Part shown: in pieces, positions 9,248 through 17,986 of the stretch | How positions within the stretch are numbered: position 1 is the first letter of the stretch | Layout of the letters: each line of letters begins with the position of its first letter | Assembly: GCA_963713485.1 (NCBI GenBank) | Contig: CAVQLW010000005.1 | Location: 196,052 to 260,051 of the forward strand | Length of the DNA stretch: 64,000 nt | Source: Candidatus Dormiibacterota bacterium | Lineage (GTDB): Bacteria; Chloroflexota; Dormibacteria; Aeolococcales; Aeolococcaceae | Direction: 5' to 3' | Position numbers and translations under genes: made by a program | The notes under the pieces: generated by a model | The model's input: the letters and a program-made list of their open reading frames with translations, nothing else | What the model was told of the DNA's origin: nothing | Database searches by the model: none

Positions 9248-10445
9248 TCAGGGGACGACGGTGATCGGCGGGATCGTGTCGGCGATGCTCGCGATCTTCT
9301 CGGCCCAGTTGGGGTCGCTCGCGTAGTCCACGTTCATCCCTCGCAGCGTGGGGCCGTGGTAGAAGGAGCCGCCGAGTGTCAGGTAGTTGCTCTCGATGAA
9401 TTGCGCGACGTACTGGATGCACGCGTCGAAGCTCGGGAAACTCGTCGCGTCGCCGTACGGGTTCGCGTCGTCGGCACCGAACCCGAAGAGGTTGTGCTTG
9501 TTCTGCGCGATCGCGCTCGTGCCCCATCCCGAACTCGAGGATGGCGTGCGCGACGAAGTACCGGGCGCTCACGTGGTACGTCGCCTCAGCCTGCATGAAC
9601 GAGTCGCCGAGCCCTGCGAGCGCCGAGCCGGCGAGGAACTGGTTCAAGCTCGCCGCGGTCTCGCCGCTCGGCAGCGTGAGGTTGGTGTCGATCGTGAACA
9701 GTGGACCTGGAACCGGCGGGTAGATCGCGTCGCGTGCTCGCGCGGCGGCAAGCGCGGCGACGGCGTTACTGAGCGCCTTCTGCGCCTGCGAGACCTGCTT
9801 GTGGGCGGCGATGTCGGCCACGAGCAGGTCCTGCTCCTGCACCTTGATCACCGCCTGCGCGGTGATCGCCTGCTCCTGCGCCGACGCGAGCTCGGCGAGC
9901 GCTGCGTTGTTCTGAGCCAGGGTGTTCGCCGCCTTGGTCTCCTCGGCGCCGATGCGCGTGACCAGCTGCTGGCTCGCCGATGCGATCTCGTTCACCTGCA
10001 CGTCGCGCTGAATCGCCCCGGCGATGGTGTTGGCCGAGATGATGTAGGCGAGCATGGCCTCGGATCCGCCGCTCTCGTACGACTGGCGAAGGTACGCGGC
10101 GAGGTGCGCCTGATCGTTCGCAAGCTCGGCATCGACGGTGTGCAGCGTCGCGGTGTCCGACGCGATGGTGACGTGCAGTGCGCTGATCTGTGCGTTGAGC
10201 AGGGCGAGGCTTGCGTTCGCTGCGGCGAGCGCGGCCTTCGCCTGCGCGAGCGCGGTGTCCGCGTTATTGGCGGCGTCCTTGGCGTTCTGCGCGGCTTTCT
10301 TGGCCGCGTTTGCGGCCTGCTGCGCGCCGCTCACCCCGTCCTGCGGATTCGCCGAGGCCGGCGATGCGATCAGACAGAGCGCGAGCGCACACGGCAGGGC
10401 GAGCACGAACCGGTGACGGGCAAACGGAAAACGGGGGCGACGCAT
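9248..10445 (-). pseudogene. Secreted coiled-coil protein with C-terminal N-acetylglucosaminidase (mannosyl-glycoprotein endo-beta-N-acetylglucosaminidase, FlgJ/Lyz2-like) domain; apparent +1 frameshift near 9532
   Basis: Signal peptide followed by a long Ala/Gln-rich coiled coil, then YFVAHAILE. After a 1-nt shift the sequence continues SGWGTSAIAQNKHNLFGFGADDANPYGDATSFPSFDACIQYVAQFIESNYL...NWAEKIASIADTIP up to TGA at 9248-9250. The supplied ORF 9180..10445 instead reads on in frame as Arg-rich nonsense. Confidence 0.75.
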
Positions 10446-10556
10446 CGCAGCCAGTCTCCCATCGGCCCCCTGACACGAATCTCGATGTCATCGCGCCGTG
10501 ACCGGCTGTCACCGCCGCGTCACAGCGCCGCGTGGGAAACATCCGAGTGACGCACC

Positions 10557-10575
10557 GCCGGGCTCGTTGAGCCCG
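10557..10575 (-). terminator. Stem-loop CCGGGCTCG-ttg-AGCCCGG just downstream of the zinc-ribbon ORF stop
   Basis: Inverted repeat read from the sequence. There is no U-tract, which is typical for high-GC genomes. Confidence 0.3.
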
Positions 10576-10581
10576 GAAGGG

Positions 10582-10779
10582 TCAGGAGGCCTTGCGCTCC
10601 AGGAGGCGGCGGCGCAGCTCGTCCGGGCCGGCCCCGAGGTCGAGCGCGGTCCGCGGCCCGCAGTCCGGACAGATCCGGTGGCCGCCGACGGACTCGCCCT
10701 CAGCGCCGTAGTACAGCACCGAGAGCATCTCGCCCTTGCACAGCGGGCAACGGTCAGTGGTCTCCGGGGTCGTCTCCAT
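10582..10779 (-). CDS. Small zinc-ribbon protein (CPLC...CPDC), 65 aa
   Basis: The protein-like tail of the spurious long ORF 10582..12495. It starts at an ATG and carries two CxxC pairs spaced as in zinc ribbons. Confidence 0.5.
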   Translation of the reverse strand: METTPETTDRCPLCKGEMLSVLYYGAEGESVGGHRICPDCGPRTALDLGAGPDELRRRLLERKAS

Positions 10780-10879
10780 CACTCGCTGACATGATCGCAC
10801 GGCCGGGCCATGTCGGGGTGGGAGTCGAATCACCGTCACCGAGCCGCTATGCGCGACGGCCGGCGCTAGGCTCGCTCGT

Positions 10880-11524
10880 GTGCAGTCCCTCGGCGCTGCG
10901 ACCACCTCGATGCTCGACGCATATTTCGATGAGCTCGCGCGCTGGTCAGAGCGATTGAACCTCACGTCGATCCCGCGCGAGCGAATGTGGTTGCGCAATG
11001 TCGGGGATGCGCAGGACCTGCTCGACGTGGCCGCCCCCGCCCTCGGAACGCGCGTCATCGACATCGGGTCCGGCGGCGGCGCACCCGGAGTCGTCGTGGC
11101 CATCCTCCGCCCGGACCTGCAGGTCACGTTGCTCGAGTCCGACGTGCGCAAGGGTGGATTCCTCGTCCATGTCGCCGGGTTGCTCGGCCTCACGAGCGTG
11201 ACGGTCCAGACCATCCGCGCCGAGGAGGCGGGGCACCGGGACGGCATGCGTGAGGCGTTCGACCTCGCGACGTCTCGCGCCGCGGCGCCGCCTGCCACGC
11301 TCTGCGAGCTGGCGCTGCCGTTGCTCCGTGTCGGCGGGAGCCTCTGCGCTCTCGTCACGGACGCCCCGGCGGCGCTGGAGTCGTGTGCCGCGGCCGCTTC
11401 GGCGTGCGGCGGCGGGCCGCCTGACGCGCCGGCGCCCGGCCTGCTCCGGGTCGGCAAGATCGCACCGACCTCACCCGAGTACCCGCGCCGAGCGGGCGTC
11501 CCGAGCAGGCGGCCCCTCAGCTGA
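10880..11524 (+). CDS. rsmG: 16S rRNA (guanine527-N7)-methyltransferase RsmG (GidB)
   Basis: SAM-binding motif IDIGSGGGAPGVV and a LLESDVRKGGFL region characteristic of RsmG. GTG start. Confidence 0.85.
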   Translation: MQSLGAATTSMLDAYFDELARWSERLNLTSIPRERMWLRNVGDAQDLLDVAAPALGTRVIDIGSGGGAPGVVVAILRPDLQVTLLESDVRKGGFLVHVAGLLGLTSVTVQTIRAEEAGHRDGMREAFDLATSRAAAPPATLCELALPLLRVGGSLCALVTDAPAALESCAAAASACGGGPPDAPAPGLLRVGKIAPTSPEYPRRAGVPSRRPLS

Positions 11525-13043
11525 GCCGGGTTCGGATCGCCGCCTCGGCGACGGCGCGCTCGTTCCACGGAACCTCGCCGTCCGCGGTCTCGAGGGTCTT
11601 TTCGTGGCCCTTGCCGGCGCACACCACCGTGTCGCCGGGAGCGGCGTGGGCGATCGCGTAGCCGATCGCCTCCTCGCGGTCGGGGATCACGAGCACGTTG
11701 TCGCCGCGAACGCCGCCGGCCGCCACGGCGCCTGCGGCGATCTGCTCGAGGATCAGAGCGCGATCCTCGTGGCGCGGGTCCTCGTCGGTGATGATGCTGA
11801 CGTCCGCGATGCGGGCGGCGACGGCGCCCATCGCCGGCCGCTTCTCGAGATCCCGCTCGCCCGCCGATCCGAAGACCGCCCAGAGCCTGCCGGCGGTGGT
11901 CTCGCGCACCTCGAGGAGCACCGTCTCGAGGGCGTCGGTCGTATGCGCGTAGTCGACGACGACCTCGAAGAGCTGGCCGAGATCGATGCGCTCCATGCGC
12001 CCGGTCACCGGGCCCGCGGCCTCGATCCCGCGCACGGCATCGGCGAGCGTGGCTCCGGTCGAGCACGCCGCGGCCAGCGCTGCGAGCGCATTTCGGACGT
12101 TGAATCGCCCGGCGAGGCGCAGGGTGACGGGCACGGTGCCCCATGGCGTGGCGGCGGTGAAGCGCACGCCGCCACTCCCCACAACGATGTCCGCGGCGCG
12201 CAGATCGGCGCCGGCATCGGCGATGTCGGTGTAGGTGAGCCGGGTCGCGACAGGGATTGCGGAGAGCCGCGGATAGCCGAAGGGGTCGCCGGCGTCGAGC
12301 ACGGCGATCCCGTCGGCACGGGGCGACACGCGCTCGAGCAGGCGTGCCTTGGCCGCGAGGTACGCGTCGCGGGTGCCGTGGAGCTCCAGGTGCTCGGTCG
12401 TGATCCGGGTGAACACCGCGGCCCGGAACACGACGTCGTCGGCGCGGCGCATCTCCAACCCGTGCGACGAGGTCTCCATCGCGACATGGGTGCACCCGCT
12501 GTCGCGGATGCCGGCGAGCGCCGCCTGCAGCTCCGGCGCCTCCGGGGTCGTCTGCCGTGACGGGTTGGGGATCACCGCGTCGTTGATCCGGCGGTCGACG
12601 GTCGTGATCGACGCGGCGGCAAGGCCCGCCGCGCGCCAGGCATGCCAGAGCAGCGTGGCCGTGGTGGTCTTGCCGTCGGTCCCGGTGATCCCCGCGACGC
12701 AGAGCCCCCGGCTCGGATGGTCGTAGAAGGCCGCGGCCAGCCCCGAGAGCGCCCGGCGGCTGTCACCGACGAGCACCAGCGGGACGGACGGGTCGACGGC
12801 GGGGTCGGGAAGGCGCTCGGCGACGACCGCCACGGCGCCGCCGTCGACCGCCGCACGGCAGAACCGATGCCCGTCGTCGCGCAGCCCGGTGATGGCGACG
12901 AAGAGGCTCCCGGGGCGAGCCGCGCGGGAGTCCGACTCGATCGAGCTGATCTCGACTCGCGCATCCATCGCCGGTCCTGACGGTTCGATGCCCGCCGCCT
13001 CGAGCAATGCGGCAAGCCCCCATGGCGACCCCTGGTGAATCAC
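11517..13043 (-). CDS. Mur ligase family protein, MurE-like (UDP-N-acetylmuramoyl-tripeptide synthetase homolog)
   Basis: P-loop ITGTDGKTTT, a DSRAARPGSLFVA N-terminal domain and DYAHTTDAL in the C-terminal domain. It stands alone, not inside a dcw cluster. Confidence 0.75.
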   Translation of the reverse strand: MIHQGSPWGLAALLEAAGIEPSGPAMDARVEISSIESDSRAARPGSLFVAITGLRDDGHRFCRAAVDGGAVAVVAERLPDPAVDPSVPLVLVGDSRRALSGLAAAFYDHPSRGLCVAGITGTDGKTTTATLLWHAWRAAGLAAASITTVDRRINDAVIPNPSRQTTPEAPELQAALAGIRDSGCTHVAMETSSHGLEMRRADDVVFRAAVFTRITTEHLELHGTRDAYLAAKARLLERVSPRADGIAVLDAGDPFGYPRLSAIPVATRLTYTDIADAGADLRAADIVVGSGGVRFTAATPWGTVPVTLRLAGRFNVRNALAALAAACSTGATLADAVRGIEAAGPVTGRMERIDLGQLFEVVVDYAHTTDALETVLLEVRETTAGRLWAVFGSAGERDLEKRPAMGAVAARIADVSIITDEDPRHEDRALILEQIAAGAVAAGGVRGDNVLVIPDREEAIGYAIAHAAPGDTVVCAGKGHEKTLETADGEVPWNERAVAEAAIRTRLS

Positions 13044-13074
13044 CGTGGCAGTCTATGGTAGGGTCGCTCCGATC

Positions 13075-13455
13075 ATGGCTGGAAAGAAGCAAAAGCGGCA
13101 GGCGGGCACAACGTCGCTCGCTGACGCCCTCAACGCGACGCGCTCGGCGCGGCGCCGGGTCCTTGCGCTCGCGGCGCGCCTCGAGGCGACCGAGCGAACC
13201 ATCCTCGTCGCCATGGCGTCAACGCCCGCTCCGCGCCCCGCCACCCCGGCCGCTGCGCCGGCTCCTGCCGCCAAGCGCCCGGTCGGGCGGCCGCGGAAGG
13301 CCCCGTCGGCTGCTCCCGCGGCGACGCGCCCGGTCGGCAGGCCCCGGAAGACCTCGCAGGCTGCCACGCCCGCGGCGAAGCGTCCCGTCGGCAGGCCACG
13401 AAAGACCCCGCAGGCGTCGCCGGCCCCGGCCCCTCGGACCAACGCCGCGCGCTGA
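13075..13455 (+). CDS. Small basic DNA-binding-like protein with three tandem AT-hook-like repeats (KRPVGRPRK)
   Basis: Start placed at ATG 13075 (MAGKKQKRQ). Three repeats of about 16 aa contain the GRP core of AT-hooks. No other recognisable domain. Confidence 0.6.
   Translation: MAGKKQKRQAGTTSLADALNATRSARRRVLALAARLEATERTILVAMASTPAPRPATPAAAPAPAAKRPVGRPRKAPSAAPAATRPVGRPRKTSQAATPAAKRPVGRPRKTPQASPAPAPRTNAAR
13264..13415 (+). repeat. Three tandem 48-54-nt coding repeats encoding the AT-hook units
   Basis: The repeat cores aagcgcccggtcgggcggccgcggaag, acgcgcccggtcggcaggccccggaag and aagcgtcccgtcggcaggccacgaaag are read directly from the sequence. Confidence 0.7.
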
Positions 13456-13591
13456 ACCCGGACCCCGCCGCGCAGCGGCGGTTCGGCAGGTGATCGCGGC
13501 TGTGTCGAATCCAGACCCGCCGCGCCGGCGGCGGTACGGAAGGTGATCGCGCCGGGGGGCTGAATCATGACCTGCAAGGTCGGGTTTTGGG

Positions 13592-13597
13592 TAGACT
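13592..13597 (+). promoter_or_regulatory. Candidate -10 hexamer TAGACT 6 nt upstream of the ATG of the rhodanese-ThiF gene (possible leaderless transcript)
   Basis: Matches TANNNT. Its spacing would place the transcription start at or next to the start codon. This is inference only. Confidence 0.25.
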
Positions 13598-13603
13598 GGC
13601 CAC

Positions 13604-14800
13604 ATGGCCAAGTCATCCCGCGACCTCCTCGACGACGCCCGGCGCACCGTCCCGGAGGTCACCCCTGCGCAGGTTCGTGCTGCCGGCAGCTCACGGATCC
13701 TGATCGACGTTCGCGAGCGGAACGAGTTCGACGAGGGGTACATCCCCGGCGCCCTCCACCTCAGCAAGGGGTTCATCGAGACGCGCATCGAAGACCTGGT
13801 GCCCAACCACGACGCCGCGCTGACGCTCTACTGCGCGGCCGGGGTCCGGTCGCTGCTTGCGGCGCGAGCGCTCCGTGACATGGGCTACGGCGACGTCGTC
13901 TCGATGAGCGGCGGTTACGGCGCCTGGAAGCAGGCGGGGTTCGACTTCGTCGTGCCGCGCGTGCTGACTCCGCAGCAGCAGCAGCGATACAGCCGCCATC
14001 TGCTCATCCCCGAGATCGGCGCCGAGGGCCAGGGCAAGCTGCTCGACGCTCGCGTGCTCCTCATCGGCGCCGGCGGCCTCGGCAGCCCCGCCGCGCTCTA
14101 CCTCGCGGCGGCCGGGGTCGGGACCGTCGGGTTCATCGATTTCGACACCGTCGACCGGAGCAACCTCCAGCGGCAGATCCTGCACACCGAGGACCGCATC
14201 GGGATGCTCAAGACGGCGTCGGCGAAGATCGCCCTCGAGGCACTCAACACCGACGTCACGGTGATCGAGCACAACGTGGTGCTCAACAGCGAGAACGCCC
14301 GCGAGATCTTCGATCAGTACGACATCATCGTCAACGGCTGCGACAACTTCCCGACCCGCTACCTCGCCAACGATGTGGCCATCTTTGCCAAGAAGCCGCT
14401 GATCGACGGCGGGATCTTCCGGTTCGAAGGCCAGGTGACGACCATCGTGCCCTTCCAGTCACCCTGCTACCGCTGCCGGTACCCGTCGCCGCCGCCGCCC
14501 GAGGAGGCGCCGTCGTGCGCCGAGGCGGGAGTGCTCGGTGTGCTGCCCGGGATCGTCGGCGTGCTTCAGGCGACCGAGGTCATCAAGCTCATCACCGGCG
14601 CCGGCGATCTGCTCACCGGCCGGCTGCTCCACATCGACGCGCTCGACATGAAGTTCCGCGAGTTCCGGGTGCCGCGCGATCCGCAGTGCCCGGTGTGCGG
14701 CGAGAATCCGACGATCACCGAGCCGATCGACTACGAGGGCTTCTGCGCCGCGCCGGCGTCCGTCGCGACCGAGGCGGTCGCCGCCGCCATGGCCGTCTGA
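13604..14800 (+). CDS. Rhodanese-ThiF/MoeB fusion (E1-like sulfur-carrier-protein adenylyltransferase/sulfurtransferase, MoeZ-like but with N-terminal rhodanese)
   Basis: Rhodanese active-site loop YCAAGVRS around aa 77. The ThiF nucleotide-binding motif LLIGAGGLGSPAALYLAAAGVG and zinc motifs CYRC...CPVC lie in the C-terminal 270 aa. Confidence 0.85.
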   Translation: MAKSSRDLLDDARRTVPEVTPAQVRAAGSSRILIDVRERNEFDEGYIPGALHLSKGFIETRIEDLVPNHDAALTLYCAAGVRSLLAARALRDMGYGDVVSMSGGYGAWKQAGFDFVVPRVLTPQQQQRYSRHLLIPEIGAEGQGKLLDARVLLIGAGGLGSPAALYLAAAGVGTVGFIDFDTVDRSNLQRQILHTEDRIGMLKTASAKIALEALNTDVTVIEHNVVLNSENAREIFDQYDIIVNGCDNFPTRYLANDVAIFAKKPLIDGGIFRFEGQVTTIVPFQSPCYRCRYPSPPPPEEAPSCAEAGVLGVLPGIVGVLQATEVIKLITGAGDLLTGRLLHIDALDMKFREFRVPRDPQCPVCGENPTITEPIDYEGFCAAPASVATEAVAAAMAV

Positions 14801-14809
14801 CCGCTCCGG

Positions 14810-15004
14810 TCAGGAACCCTCGGGAGCCGCGGGCTTCGGGCCGAGCGACTCGGCCTCGTGGATGAGCATCACGGGGATGCCCTGCTCGACGCGATAGCGC
14901 AGCCTGCAGGTGTCGCAGCGCAGCGAGGCGGTCTCCACCTCGAGCGGACCGCGGCATTGCGGGCACGCGAGGATGTCGAGCAGGTCCTTGGGGAGGCTGC
15001 TCAT
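14810..15004 (-). CDS. Trm112 family protein (DUF343/YcaR-like)
   Basis: MSSLPKDLLDILACPQCRGPLE....LRCDTCRLRYRVEQGIPVML is the canonical Trm112 zinc-ribbon sequence. The supplied ORF has a 5' extension. The ATG overlaps the upstream gene's stop (ATGA). Confidence 0.8.
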   Translation of the reverse strand: MSSLPKDLLDILACPQCRGPLEVETASLRCDTCRLRYRVEQGIPVMLIHEAESLGPKPAAPEGS

Positions 15005-15798
15005 GATGCTGCCGCCACCGGCACGAGGAACTCGCCGAGCGCCGCGTTGAACGCGCGCGGCTCCTCGAGGTTGCAGAGATGCCCGCACCCGAGCTCGACC
15101 AACCGCGAGCCCGTGATCTTGTCAGACATGGCACGAACTTCGGCGCGCGGAATGATGGCATCCTGGGTGCCTGCGACGACCAGCGTGGGGACGTCGATCG
15201 ATGCGAGCAGCTCGGTGCTGTCAGGGCGAGCCGCCATCGCCCGCTGCGCGAACGCGATCCCCGCCGGTGAGCATCGCCGGATCCTTCCGCGGACCGGATC
15301 CACGATGTGCGCCTCCACGCGTGCCTGCGGACCGAGCAACCGCGCGACCATCGGCTCGACGATCGATTCGACCGAGCGGTCCCGCTCGACCTGCGCAGCC
15401 ATGGCGAGGCGGTCGATGCGGGCGGCGTCGGCGTCGGCGGCCGCGCGCGTGCTGCAGAGCGCGAGCGCGCGGATGCGCTCCGGCGCGAGCCTCCACAACG
15501 CGAAGGCGAGGTAGCCTCCCATCGAGAGACCGACGACGCTCACACGATCGATGCGCAGCGAGTCGAGCGTCGCGAGCACGGCACGCGCGAACCCCTCGAG
15601 CGTGGCATCGCCGGCGGGCGGCGGCGGGGAGTCGCCGCAACCCCAGCAGTCGACGCGGATGCAGCGAACATCGCCCGACAGGGCGGCGACCTGATGGTCC
15701 CACTGCGAGGCGTCGAGCGTGAACGCGTGCAGGAAGAGCACGGCGCCGCCGGACCCCGTGTCGTGCACGGCGGGCAGCGTGTCCGCGTGCGTGGTCAC
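15001..15798 (-). CDS. Alpha/beta hydrolase fold protein
   Basis: Nucleophile elbow GLSMGG, HAFTLD and conserved Asp/His positions. The start is placed at the GTG immediately after the helicase stop, because the supplied ORF would otherwise overlap the helicase gene. Confidence 0.7.
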   Translation of the reverse strand: MTTHADTLPAVHDTGSGGAVLFLHAFTLDASQWDHQVAALSGDVRCIRVDCWGCGDSPPPPAGDATLEGFARAVLATLDSLRIDRVSVVGLSMGGYLAFALWRLAPERIRALALCSTRAAADADAARIDRLAMAAQVERDRSVESIVEPMVARLLGPQARVEAHIVDPVRGRIRRCSPAGIAFAQRAMAARPDSTELLASIDVPTLVVAGTQDAIIPRAEVRAMSDKITGSRLVELGCGHLCNLEEPRAFNAALGEFLVPVAAAS

Positions 15799-15802
15799 GG
15801 CC

Positions 15803-17053
15803 TCAGGCCTCGGCGCTGATCGCAGTCGCCGGGAAATCCTCGTCGAGCGTCGCGGGCTCGATGTGCGTCCGCGCGTGGCGCTCCACATCGCGAAGCTTCA
15901 GGATCTCGCTCGGCGTGATCAGGGTCACCGCGACGCCCGCACGGCCGGCGCGACCCGTGCGTCCGACCCGGTGCAGGTACTCGTCGGGGGTGAGTGGCAC
16001 GTCGTAGTTGATGACGTGCGAGATGTCATCGATGTCGAGGCCTCGCGCCGCGACGTTGGTGGCGATGAGATAGCGCACGTGCGTCGCGCGGAACTGCTGC
16101 ATCGCGCGATCACGATCGCGTTGCGTGAGGTCGCCGTGCAGGAGGCCCACCTGGTATCCGCGTGAGCCCAGCTGTGCCTGGAGCACGTCGGCGGTGCGTT
16201 TGGTCTCGACGAAGATGAGCGCCATCACCACGTCGGGTTGATCGAGGATGCGCGCGAGCGCGTCGGTCTTGTCCGCCCACGTGGTCTGCACGTAGAGCTG
16301 ACGGACCTCCGCCGGTATCTCCGGCCGGGTGCTGATCTCCACCGTCTCGGGGTCGTGCATGTGACGGAGTGCGAGCCTGCGCACCCACTCCGGCATCGTC
16401 GCGCTGAAGAGCAATGTCTGACGCTGCGGCGGGCACTGGCGAAGGATGCGCTCCACGTCGGGCGCGAATCCCATGTCGAGCATCCGGTCGGCCTCGTCGA
16501 GCACGCACACGCGCACATTGGCGAGGGTGAGCGAACGCCGCTGGATGTGATCACCGAGGCGTCCCGGCGTGGCAACGACGATGTGCGCGCCCTGACGCAG
16601 CTCCTCGATCTGACGGCCGATCGAGTCGCCGCCGTAGATCGCGACGCTTCGCAGCTCATGACGCCGGCCGAGGCGCGTGAGCTCCTCGTGCACCTGGACC
16701 GCGAGCTCGCGAGTCGGGCAGAGCACGAGCGCCTGCACGGGCCCGTCACGCGGATCGAGGCGCTCGATGATGGGAATCCCGAACGCGGCGGTCTTGCCGC
16801 TCCCGGTCTGCGCCTGACCGATGACGTCGCGGCCGGCCATGGCGAACGGCAGTGACCCCGCTTGAATCGGAGTCGCAACGGTGAATCCGAGCTCCGCGAT
16901 GGTGTGCTGCATCGCGAGACTCAGCGAGAGCTCATCGAAGCTCACCGGCTCGGGGGTTTCGGTACTCAGGGCCTCATCGACCGACGGCTGTGCGACGGGA
17001 CGGGGCCTTGCGGCGGACGGTCTTCCAAACCGCGCGCGACTAGTCGAACGCAA
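15803..17053 (-). CDS. DEAD-box ATP-dependent RNA helicase
   Basis: Q-motif GFTVATPIQ, motif I AQTGSGKT, DEAD (VLDEADRM), SAT, and the HRVGRTGRAGRAG motif VI. The start is uncertain: TTG 17053 was chosen to avoid overlapping the divergent HAD gene, with GTG near 16930 and ATG 17125 as alternatives. Confidence 0.85.
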   Translation of the reverse strand: MRSTSRARFGRPSAARPRPVAQPSVDEALSTETPEPVSFDELSLSLAMQHTIAELGFTVATPIQAGSLPFAMAGRDVIGQAQTGSGKTAAFGIPIIERLDPRDGPVQALVLCPTRELAVQVHEELTRLGRRHELRSVAIYGGDSIGRQIEELRQGAHIVVATPGRLGDHIQRRSLTLANVRVCVLDEADRMLDMGFAPDVERILRQCPPQRQTLLFSATMPEWVRRLALRHMHDPETVEISTRPEIPAEVRQLYVQTTWADKTDALARILDQPDVVMALIFVETKRTADVLQAQLGSRGYQVGLLHGDLTQRDRDRAMQQFRATHVRYLIATNVAARGLDIDDISHVINYDVPLTPDEYLHRVGRTGRAGRAGVAVTLITPSEILKLRDVERHARTHIEPATLDEDFPATAISAEA

Positions 17054-17090
17054 GACAATTGCAGTGTACCTTGAAGTGGCGCGTCGCCGT

Positions 17091-17966
17091 ATGCACAAGA
17101 TCGCTCCCACCGCACGCACCGACATCCGTGACTCGGCCGCGGGGCCGGGTTCTTTCGTCCCTCGCGCGCTCGTCCTCGATCTCGACGGCACCACGATCGA
17201 CCACGATCAACGGCTCAATCCGCGGGTGCGCGACGCCGTACGCGCTGCAGCGCGACACGTGCCGGTGGTCGTGGCGACGGGCCGCATGTTTCGCTCGGCC
17301 CTGCCGTGGGCGCGGATGCTCGAGGTGATCGAGCCGCTCGTGTGCTACCAGGGCGCGATGGTCCGCGGGATGCCCGCCGCCGGCGGGTCGACCGGAGAGC
17401 GCATCTTCGAGCAGCCCCTGCTCGCCGCTCCCGCGCTGCACGCGCTCCACGTGGCCCGCACCCACGGCTGGCACTACCAGGCCTATCAGCACGAGGAGCT
17501 CCTGTGCGAGCAGGATCGCCCCGAGGCGTGGTTGTACTCGCGCATCAGTGGCGTGCCGTTCCGCCTCGTCCCGGATCTCGAGCCGCTGCTCCGGCACGGC
17601 ACCACCAAGGCCGCGTGCGTGTTCGAGGATCTCGCCGAGGTCGACCGCGCCCTCGCGATCATGAGCAGCGAGCTCGACGGCGCCGCCCGGGTCACGCGGT
17701 CCAACCCCGAGTTCGTCGAGATGCTCGACAAGGACGTGAGCAAGGCGACGGGGTGCGAGATCGTGTGCGGGCGTCTCGGCTGCTCGCTCGCCGACACGCT
17801 CGCGATCGGTGACGCCCCCAACGACGTCGAGATGCTCGCCGCGGCAGGCTATGCCGTCGCGATCTCCACGTCGCGTCCCGAGGTGCTCGCGGTGGTCGAT
17901 GCGACGTGCGCCCCACCGGAGGACGCGGGAGTCGCCGATGTCCTCGAGGTGTTCGGACTCGCCTGA
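17091..17966 (+). CDS. Cof-type HAD-IIB family hydrolase (sugar phosphatase-like)
   Basis: Motif I LVLDLDGTT and a C-terminal GDAPNDVEML motif. Confidence 0.8.
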   Translation: MHKIAPTARTDIRDSAAGPGSFVPRALVLDLDGTTIDHDQRLNPRVRDAVRAAARHVPVVVATGRMFRSALPWARMLEVIEPLVCYQGAMVRGMPAAGGSTGERIFEQPLLAAPALHALHVARTHGWHYQAYQHEELLCEQDRPEAWLYSRISGVPFRLVPDLEPLLRHGTTKAACVFEDLAEVDRALAIMSSELDGAARVTRSNPEFVEMLDKDVSKATGCEIVCGRLGCSLADTLAIGDAPNDVEMLAAAGYAVAISTSRPEVLAVVDATCAPPEDAGVADVLEVFGLA

Positions 17967-17986
17967 CTGGCGCTACCCTGCACGGC

